A stretch of DNA of 64,000 nt from an uncultured Nitrospiraceae bacterium (GTDB lineage: Bacteria; Nitrospirota; Thermodesulfovibrionia; Thermodesulfovibrionales; Dissulfurispiraceae), in assembly GCA_963727805.1 (NCBI GenBank), contig CAVSHF010000003.1:1568001-1632000 (forward strand), written 5' to 3'. Positions 50,940 through 57,918 of the stretch are shown here, in pieces; position 1 is the first letter of the stretch; each line of letters begins with the position of its first letter. Made by a program: the position numbers and the translations under genes. Under the pieces are notes generated by a model. That model was not told the origin of the DNA. It did no database searches and saw nothing but the letters and a program-made list of their open reading frames with translations.

Positions 50940-52442
50940 TTAATTATAGGGAAACGGTGCCACTGCGGGACAATTAACAATCGGAAGACGAAAAACAGGC
51001 ATGCCACAGCCAGTCCTCCAATACGTCATCTGGCAATTTGTTGCATATGACGGGTCATTTTGGTTACCTGGATCAGCTGCAAAGGAAAGCATGGCCTGCT
51101 GATAGGCATCCGGAGCAGCAGGTGTATAGAAATTCTCAACTGTCCAGAAGTTGTAGGTGCCATCCAAGACGTGAGTCTTGACATCATTTGTCGTAGTGGG
51201 CACGCAGTATCCATTTGCAGGGGGTGTTCCGGCTCCACAGTCCGAATTCTTAGCACAAGAGCCCCCGTTGAAGGCATGGTTCCCAGCGCACCATCTTGGA
51301 AGGCCATACCCAGCATCAGCCGATACACCGTTTAGTGAAAGCCTGATAATATTTGGATATGTGGAAGCATTACCGTTAAAATCTGTCTCCGCGGCAACCA
51401 GCTGATCGGCATCAGAATAGCCGATAGCTAACGGCTGGTTTGCTACGGTACCCCATGTCCATGTACCGCTAGTTACACCATTTACGCAGTTAAGCAAATC
51501 GGGGCTGCCATCGTTGAACCAATAGGCGTAACCCGCAGTCGGCAGTGCAGGCACCGGGGATAGCTCGGTAGAAGCTGCAATCAGAGGTGCCTTCATCTGT
51601 GTGGCAGCTATAGTGGCATGAGTGCCTGAACCGGCATGGCGCATACATACTTGCATGTTCTGACCGGCAGCGTACTTGTCGGTGACGGCTCCGCTGTTTC
51701 CGCCCATGTCGTCCCATAACTCTATCTGACCAGAGAAGATCAGATTCACTTCTGCAGTCGTGATATTACTGATCGGGTTGCCATTGCGTAACAATACATT
51801 CTTATTTGCAAAGAAGGCAAAAGGAACGACTACCGGGTGGGCATCATTAGCGCCATAGCCATTTACTGAACCGACTCCAGCAAAATTACGAGTAATCGGC
51901 ACCGGCACGCCATGAGACTTGTCGCCTAACGGCCCATACTGTGAGCCAGAAGATGTCTGGGTAAAGCAACCTTGCTCCACGTCAGACGCACCTATGGTTA
52001 CCTTCTCGCAACGCAGGGAGGTACCTGCTGTAGTCGGATCTGCCATTGCGCGAAAGCCAGGCAAGCATGCTGCACCTACCGTACCATTCGCTGCTATAGC
52101 ATGATCAATTTGGGAATTATTAGCAGAACAGTTAAGATTGCCGGCGGGATCACTAGCTATAGCGCAAAGGCCGTCATAAGAAGCCTTCGAAGCTATACCG
52201 ATATAGTCACCCGCAGCATTGTAGGCAACACAATGTTTAGAGTCATAACACTTCGTGGTGACGCCAGCAGGGCCGCATGTTGTTGCTAGAAAAGGCCCGG
52301 CTTGATCCTTCCAGAAATTAAACTGGGCGGAAGCGCCGTAAATAAACTGGGCAGGGTCACATACCGCCGCCATGGCTGAGCCGGCAAGGCCAAACAGCAT
52401 GGCTCCTGCAGCAATCGATGCAATTATCTTTCTGATTGTCAT
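50940..52442 (-). CDS. Secreted Cys-rich PstS-like (periplasmic binding fold) protein
   Basis: Signal peptide; IGASDV, VVVPFAFFAN, NITTAEVNLIFSGQIELWDD, RHAGSGT (compare PstS RxxGSGT), AIGY; 18 Cys. Confidence 0.7.
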   Translation of the reverse strand: MTIRKIIASIAAGAMLFGLAGSAMAAVCDPAQFIYGASAQFNFWKDQAGPFLATTCGPAGVTTKCYDSKHCVAYNAAGDYIGIASKASYDGLCAIASDPAGNLNCSANNSQIDHAIAANGTVGAACLPGFRAMADPTTAGTSLRCEKVTIGASDVEQGCFTQTSSGSQYGPLGDKSHGVPVPITRNFAGVGSVNGYGANDAHPVVVPFAFFANKNVLLRNGNPISNITTAEVNLIFSGQIELWDDMGGNSGAVTDKYAAGQNMQVCMRHAGSGTHATIAATQMKAPLIAASTELSPVPALPTAGYAYWFNDGSPDLLNCVNGVTSGTWTWGTVANQPLAIGYSDADQLVAAETDFNGNASTYPNIIRLSLNGVSADAGYGLPRWCAGNHAFNGGSCAKNSDCGAGTPPANGYCVPTTTNDVKTHVLDGTYNFWTVENFYTPAAPDAYQQAMLSFAADPGNQNDPSYATNCQMTYWRTGCGMPVFRLPIVNCPAVAPFPYN

Positions 52443-52481
52443 GATATTTTCTCCTTTGATTTTTTATTACCGCTTATTGTC

Positions 52482-53222
52482 CTAAACTGCCATCTTCCTG
52501 CGGATACCGAGCAGACCCAGGAGGCTCGATCCCATCAGCAGGATTGAGGGCGGAACCGGTGTAGCTGTAATAGGATCCAGCTCGGTATGGCCGTCAGCAT
52601 ACGTCCTGAGGTCAACAGCAACCACTGTTTGAGTAAGGGAGCCCCTACCCGCAGGGGCAGAGGGATAATAGTACAGCACTTGGTCAATATAAGAGGTTCC
52701 GATCTTAGCCTCGATGGTTCCCGTTGTGACAGAGCCAGTCATTGTACCTGTACTGCTCCCAGAGAGATCAGCCTGAGTCCAATAAGAATCAGCATTTGAT
52801 TGTGCCAAAGTAGCGTAGGTAAAAGCGCCAGACGTTACGTTGGTGGCAAGAGCCGCATAGGTAGGAGCTATAGCCTGTGTAGCGTTCAGCATACCAACCT
52901 TAATAGTCCCAGGATTAACAACCTGAGTTGCAGCGCCACTCAAATATAACGGATAGCCAAGAGCAGGCTGTGAAAAATAGGCAACAGAATAGCCACTGAG
53001 GCTGCCAAGTCCTAATACGCTTGAAACATTGTTAGTGAAAACCTGATTGCCCGTATCGGTCGTCCTTGAAATAGCTCCAAGGTCAACTGCATACTCATTC
53101 CCTACGCCGCCGGTCTGATAAAGTACCTCGATAAGGTCACCCGTTGCAAACGCAGCCATCGCCTGTCCGCTGAAAGCAAACATAAGCACGGCTACTGCAA
53201 GAAGCATTATGATTTTTTTCAT
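52482..53222 (-). CDS. PEP-CTERM/VPLPA-CTERM-type sorted surface protein
   Basis: Signal peptide; Thr/Gly/Ala-rich body; C-terminal TPVPPSILLMGSSLLGLLGIRRK sorting signal. Confidence 0.9.
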   Translation of the reverse strand: MKKIIMLLAVAVLMFAFSGQAMAAFATGDLIEVLYQTGGVGNEYAVDLGAISRTTDTGNQVFTNNVSSVLGLGSLSGYSVAYFSQPALGYPLYLSGAATQVVNPGTIKVGMLNATQAIAPTYAALATNVTSGAFTYATLAQSNADSYWTQADLSGSSTGTMTGSVTTGTIEAKIGTSYIDQVLYYYPSAPAGRGSLTQTVVAVDLRTYADGHTELDPITATPVPPSILLMGSSLLGLLGIRRKMAV

Positions 53223-53257
53223 TTTGTTCTCCTGAGTTATTGTGGATTATTTCTTAC

Positions 53258-53335
53258 CCTCAGGCAACCCGGCCATCCACTCGCATGGATCCGTAGGCTT
53301 TCCGTCATCCGGTCACCCGGACTTTGGCCTTATAC
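53258..53335 (-). ncRNA. Cyclic di-GMP-I (GEMM-I) riboswitch
   Basis: AAGGCCAAAGTCCGG-GTGA-CCGGATGACGGAAAGCCTACGGATCC...GGATGGCCGGGTTGCC, ~40 nt upstream of the start codon; G at the G20-equivalent position. Confidence 0.88.
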
Positions 53336-53431
53336 TGGAGGCTGGATGCCGGCTAACCCGTCATCCTACCTTAATTTGCTCCAATCAAGCGAAACCTGTC
53401 ACCTCCCCTTTTTTTTGTAATTCCCAAGCTT

Positions 53432-53485
53432 AAAAAGCTCTTATATCCGGGCTTTCTGTTACCTTCACAGGTCAGCCAAGTACCC
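53432..53485 (-). promoter_or_regulatory. Attenuator-like RNA motif, copy C (compact; terminator weak or absent)
   Basis: GGGTACTTGGCTGACCT-GTGA-AGGTAACAGAAAGCCCGGAT. Confidence 0.6.
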
Positions 53486-53488
53486 TAT

Positions 53489-53581
53489 AAAAAAAGCCCG
53501 AATCGATAAGAAAAGACTTCTTTTCTCGATCCGGGCTTTCTGGTGCCGAAGCAAATAAAACTGTCGGTCAGCAAAGGACCC
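53489..53581 (-). promoter_or_regulatory. Attenuator-like RNA motif, copy B, with intrinsic terminator
   Basis: GGGTCCTTTGCTGACCGA...TCGGCACCAGAAAGCCCGGATCGAGAAAAG-AAGT-CTTTTCTTATCGATTCGGGCTTTTTTT. Confidence 0.72.
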
Positions 53582-53597
53582 TAATGATGCTGCTTCG

Positions 53598-53732
53598 TTA
53601 CTTCCTTAGTATCTCTTCAAACTTCTCAACTCTCTGAATGGCCCCGCCTGCAAAATTAATTTTTATGTATCCAGTGAACTTCTTGTCCATTAGGTCCTTG
53701 ATAATATCCATGATTTTTTGTAACCTCTCCAT
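53598..53732 (-). CDS. Small protein (44 aa, below the track cut-off), YezD/DUF2292-like
   Basis: MERLQKIMDIIKDLMDKKFTGYIKINFAGGAIQRVEKFEEILRK; shares F.GYIKINF..G...RVE..EE with 49928..50185. Confidence 0.78.
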   Translation of the reverse strand: MERLQKIMDIIKDLMDKKFTGYIKINFAGGAIQRVEKFEEILRK

Positions 53733-53799
53733 CGCTTTCCGTTATTCTCTACTCTGGATATTCCGTTGAACCTTCCCGATTTCATCGCTTCTTGCCCAA

Positions 53800-53844
53800 A
53801 TCATAACAGTTGAATGTTACAGCTTGATGACAGTAAAATTACAA
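53800..53844 (-). promoter_or_regulatory. Pho-box-like promoter of the leader/PEP-CTERM operon
   Basis: TTGTAAT-TTTA-CTGTCAT-CAAG-CTGTAAC-n10-TATGAT (canonical Pho-box geometry). Confidence 0.72.
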
Positions 53845-53851
53845 TCAGGTT

Positions 53852-54190
53852 AGTATTGTTTATCCGTTTTATTTCAGAGACTTGTATCTTCTTAACTTAG
53901 GTACTTAGGTTTGCAATTTAACAATCGAGTGATCCACACAGCTATTGGTATTAAGATAACGTGGGCTAAAGAAATGCCCGAGGGACAATGCTCCGTTTCG
54001 ACAGTAATTGACATGCAATTTTTGCGCTCATTTCGTTGACTAATTTCTCTTAATAGACAGACCAACCGGAAGCGTACGGCGCTTCCGCTATCGTTTTAAC
54101 GTCGCTGTCATTCATTTGTCAATATCCCGTCATCAATTGACCGATATGCTTATAAAAGTCTGTCCCCCTGGCCTCCCCGTCTTTTTTTTA
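53852..54190 (+). repeat. Non-coding direct repeat, copy 1 (~340 bp)
   Basis: Aligns by eye with 57414-57763 (shared GTGATCCACACAGCTATTGG, CAATTTTTGCGCTCATT, GCTTCCGCTATCGTTTTAACG, CCGTCATCAATTG). Confidence 0.9.
54094..54150 (+). promoter_or_regulatory. Four-unit Pho-box-like promoter (repeat copy 1)
   Basis: TTTTAAC-n4-CTGTCAT-n4-TTGTCAA-n4-CCGTCAT-n11-TATGCT. Confidence 0.7.
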
Positions 54191-54603
54191 TGTTAAATGC
54201 TGAAGATGTGGAGATAAAAGACTATCTATATGGCTTTTTTGTTACAAGCCTTGAGCTTCCGGCTCATCTTGTCTGGACAAACTACTGGATGCGGGCAGAT
54301 GCACAGAACATGTTTAAGGAACTGAAGGACGATTTCGGTGCTGACAATTTCAATATACAGATTTTCTGCGTCACTGAGCCACTGAAAGGGCAAGGAACTG
54401 CGTCATGATAGCCGATAACCTGATGAGTCTTTCCAGGCAGTCGGTCTTGTGCAATAGCGTATTCTCCAGCCTTTTCGAGGTATGCGCCGACTGCAGTGGT
54501 TTGAAAAACTCCGGTGCAAATCATAAGGATTGTGATCTGCCTGCGTCCTCCCCTTCGCATCGCTAATGACAATTATGGATTAGAAGAGCGTGAATAATCC
54601 TAG
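54190..54603 (+). mobile_element. Degraded IS1380-like transposase 3' remnant
   Basis: YGFFVTSLELPAHLVWTNYWMRADAQNMFKELKDDFGADNFN...IADNLMSL with frameshifts; possible right end GTGAATAATCCTAG. Confidence 0.6.
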
Positions 54604-54711
54604 ACCGGCCCCTGAAGCTTAAGGAAGCTGGGACCTTCACGACAGCAAGAGTCTCTTAGTCCGCGTGTCCAGGCCATCTCCGACGATGCAGCCTTCGGCT
54701 CGTTTCTGCGT

Positions 54712-56940
54712 TCAGCGTTGGCTCGCGTCCCCATGCACTTCCCAGAGCTGGAAGAAGGGAGACTGGAGGGCGACAGGCGTGAAATAGCGCGGTGGCGCTT
54801 CGTGTCGGAGAAAGAGTATATTAAACACCGATGCGGCGATCTGCTCATCCATTACGGCGCCAAATTGCATAGGTTGCAGTATTTCCAAATGGCTGCCGGG
54901 TGTTCCGTAGCTGCGACGAACAATTTTATCGTTGTCTATGATGAGAAGCTCAGTCACTCTGAAAGCCTTGCCCCGAGCCGTCCCTTCCCCCGACGTAAGG
55001 TTTACTCGCAACCCCTCTTCGGACAGTAGCTCATCGTTCTCCTGCCGGATTCCCTGAAACGACTCGTATGCCGGGTGCCGTCCCTCCTCTGGCCTGCCCT
55101 GCCACGTCCCGGCCCAGTACCACGTATATGCGCTTCGCGTCAGAGAATAATCAAGGAACAGGTATAGGGGTCGGCTTGTCGAGGGATAGAGGTAGTTCAG
55201 CCATTCGTCCGTGGTTCTGAGGTCACCCTCCGGGCTCAACGCTGTCGATGCCAGGATGGTCCTCCCCTTTTCCGGTCCGGCGCCCAGAACTTCCTTGATG
55301 AGTGCGAACCCCTTTTTCCGGTCACCCCCCACGGCCCGGTAGATCCGTTCCATACCGTCCATTCCGTGAGTGGCATAGAACTTCATGAAATTGGCTGATA
55401 GACGGAAGTTGCTCGTGGCCAAGGGGAGCCAAAGATAGACGCTAAGCCCCGGACTCATGATCGCCCCATCCGCTAAGGTGGCTCGGTCCGCCCAGTACAG
55501 GAGCGGATATCCTTGGTCCCAAGACGCCCAAAGGATCGCATCGGCGGGTGTCTTTTCTCCGGCCAACTTCATTCCCGCCGCCACCGCAGGATGCACGCTC
55601 GGGTGGAGTAGTGTCCGAGGAAAGGCAGCATGATAGAGCAGCACTCCGATCAAGACTGTGGCAATCGCTCCTACCGCCTTCCTACCTTTATCCGTAAACT
55701 GGGAGGCGACCACATGAACCAGGTAACCCAAACCGAGAGCCATCATCGGTGTGAGAAAAATGATGAAACGCACGCCGCGGAAATAGGAAGACAATCCAAT
55801 GATAAGCGGAGAGACAAAAATCGATAACTCCTTCGGATACTTTCGGATTAAAAGAACGAGCCCAACAAAAGAAGCCACCAACAGCAACACGTTGCCCGAG
55901 GCAAAATGGGCGAACTCGGTAAACGGTAACCTCTTCATCTCTGAAACATCGAATCCGATTGTAGGGAAGAAATCTTCCCCACTCCCCGAGAATAGAAACC
56001 GGGTATATCCAGCAAGAACTTGAAACCCCGATAGCAGCTGCCGCCCTGCTAGCAAAGCCGCAATTGTGATAATTGATGCGAGTAAGCCGAAAAACACCGC
56101 TGCTTCCCTGCGGTGTGGCCGGTAAAAGAGAGCCAATGCCACACAAAACGGCGGCAAACAGAGAAGAGTGCCGTTGGCAATCGTTTCTCCCCAAGCCCAG
56201 AGGAGGAGCAAATAGGATACCCCCCATCCGGCAAAATCTAGGTACCTTTTCCGGGATTGTATAGTTCCGAAACGGAGGGCAAAGTAACATGCTGACACTG
56301 ATAGCAAAACCTCGAGCCCGTCGGGGCGGAAAAAGGCGAAGTTGGTACGGTAAGTGTAAAAGGGTGCCAACAGAGTCGCTAAAGCGGCCACCAGCCCGGC
56401 TATAGGCCCACCGAATCTCCTTCCTGCAAAATAGACGGGGAAGGCGACAAGGATACCGATCATAGGCGCTAGCAGGGCACCGATCCAAGTATAGGCGGCA
56501 CCGGTAATCTTGGCGACCGCAGCCGAGAGGACAGAGAGTAGTGGTGGAAGCAGGGGCCGCACTACCAAATGGTCTGGCACTCCTCGCTTATCGTCCGTCT
56601 TACCATAAGTTCCGGCGATCAGATCACGACCCAGCCGTAGGTAGTGATATCCATCGCTCTCGAAAAGCATGGGTTGGCCCTGAAAGAAAGTTTGCTGAGG
56701 CTTCGTGCGCCAGACTTGGAGCGTTTCGATGCGGACATAGAAGCCAACGGCGAGCACTAGTGCCAATAAAACCGCTGAAACGCTCCAGATGTGAAAGACA
56801 CCGGGCTTTCCGCTGGTTTCGTTCCATGCCTGATTCTGGTTGGGTCCTGCGGGCGGCTCAGACGCTGCATTGGGGCGCGCACGCGAATGAGAGACTTGAA
56901 GGGGTGGGGCGCCACGCAATCTTTTCTTTCGCGATGCCAT
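54712..56940 (-). CDS. STT3/PglB/AglB-like oligosaccharyltransferase
   Basis: Multi-TM N-terminal region with FESDGYHYLR; SWDQGY (WWDxG variant) followed by RATLADG. Confidence 0.82.
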   Translation of the reverse strand: MASRKKRLRGAPPLQVSHSRARPNAASEPPAGPNQNQAWNETSGKPGVFHIWSVSAVLLALVLAVGFYVRIETLQVWRTKPQQTFFQGQPMLFESDGYHYLRLGRDLIAGTYGKTDDKRGVPDHLVVRPLLPPLLSVLSAAVAKITGAAYTWIGALLAPMIGILVAFPVYFAGRRFGGPIAGLVAALATLLAPFYTYRTNFAFFRPDGLEVLLSVSACYFALRFGTIQSRKRYLDFAGWGVSYLLLLWAWGETIANGTLLCLPPFCVALALFYRPHRREAAVFFGLLASIITIAALLAGRQLLSGFQVLAGYTRFLFSGSGEDFFPTIGFDVSEMKRLPFTEFAHFASGNVLLLVASFVGLVLLIRKYPKELSIFVSPLIIGLSSYFRGVRFIIFLTPMMALGLGYLVHVVASQFTDKGRKAVGAIATVLIGVLLYHAAFPRTLLHPSVHPAVAAGMKLAGEKTPADAILWASWDQGYPLLYWADRATLADGAIMSPGLSVYLWLPLATSNFRLSANFMKFYATHGMDGMERIYRAVGGDRKKGFALIKEVLGAGPEKGRTILASTALSPEGDLRTTDEWLNYLYPSTSRPLYLFLDYSLTRSAYTWYWAGTWQGRPEEGRHPAYESFQGIRQENDELLSEEGLRVNLTSGEGTARGKAFRVTELLIIDNDKIVRRSYGTPGSHLEILQPMQFGAVMDEQIAASVFNILFLRHEAPPRYFTPVALQSPFFQLWEVHGDASQR

Positions 56941-56982
56941 CTGAACGCCTTTCAACAGTAATATGCTTTTTTGCGGCTAGCC

Positions 56983-57012
56983 ATAATAACACCTGAATTG
57001 AGCGCGCGTCAA
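56983..57012 (-). promoter_or_regulatory. Putative sigma70 promoter of the STT3 gene
   Basis: TTGACG-n18-TATTAT with TGn extension. Confidence 0.45.
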
Positions 57013-57641
57013 TGCAATTTTCAAGATTGTGGGGAAGAACTGGAAACTATCCGCGTAGTGTTTGTCCCGCCCGACCGCCTGATTTCGATCTTTAACAACT
57101 AGCAGTACTGTCTTCGCCACGTAATAGCTTTTCTTCAACATTTATCGTACAAACCACCACTGCTACAACACCTGTGGAATTAAGCAATATCAGTCGTCGA
57201 ATTAAGCAAAACGTGGTAAAATTTTCATAATGTACTCGATCCTGACAGCAGTTATTTAAGCATAACATGTCGTAACACCGCATTTTTTGCGAATAAGTTA
57301 TCGTGATTTTCAGTGCGATATATTTATCTGATTTATACGTCTTTTACTTGCGAATGAATCAGAGAAATTAGGCATAAGTGATATCAAGGATGCTAATCCT
57401 GGCCAAAATCGGCAGTATGAGTTATCTGTTTTATTTTTTGAACCTTTAGGTATTTAGGGTTGCTATTTAACAATCGGGTGATCCACACAGCTATTGGAAT
57501 TAAGATAACTCGGGCTGAAGAAATGCCCGAGGGGACGTGCTGTTACGGTCGTAATTGACATACAATTTTTGCGCTCATTACGTTGATTAATTCCTCATTA
57601 GCAGATAGATCATTCGGAAGCGTCCGCTGCTTCCGCTATCG

Positions 57642-57698
57642 TTTTAACGTTATTGTCATTCATGTGTCATTATTCCGTCATCAATTGGACGCTATGCT
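57642..57698 (+). promoter_or_regulatory. Four-unit Pho-box-like promoter (repeat copy 2)
   Basis: TTTTAAC-n4-TTGTCAT-n4-GTGTCAT-n4-CCGTCAT-n11-TATGCT. Confidence 0.7.
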
Positions 57699-57703
57699 TA
57701 TAG

Positions 57704-57762
57704 AAGTTTGTCCCCCTTCCAAAGGCGGGGAGGCCCACCCCCGGGCTTCCCCGTCTTCTTTT
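57704..57762 (+). ncRNA. Candidate ~58-nt sRNA (C/U-rich seed + terminator)
   Basis: Begins ~6 nt after the -10 box: AAGTTTGTCCCCCTTCC, then hairpin AAGGCGGGGAGGCCC-ACCCCC-GGGCTTCCCCGTCTT and CTTTT; no ORF. Confidence 0.5.
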
Positions 57763-57918
57763 ATCACTTCATTCAAACGAAAGACATATTACTGTCAAGC
57801 TAGGTCACACCGCGATATTGCGCACACTGACATCGCCTCAACATTCCAAAACATGTTTGGCTGGCAAACCGATAATCTATTGCTTTTTAAAATCTGTCAT
57901 ATCTGAATCGGCTGGTCA

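Larger units (their letters stand above)
57414..57763 (+). repeat. Non-coding direct repeat, copy 2
   Basis: Homologous to 53852-54190 and retains the complete terminal hairpin. Confidence 0.9.

Noticed and set aside
53930..53940. TGATCCACA, DnaA-box-like, in both repeats
   Set aside because: A single imperfect box per repeat, with no box cluster or origin context
55688..56488. 266-aa alternative-frame ORF inside the STT3 gene, and the many short antisense ORFs in the track
   Set aside because: Shadow ORFs overlapping well-supported genes, with atypical composition
57607..57663. Minus-strand peptide MNDNNVKTIAEAADASE in the repeat, vaguely like a tmRNA tag
   Set aside because: The stop is not conserved between repeat copies and there is no tRNA-like domain; conservation is explained by the overlapping heptamer array
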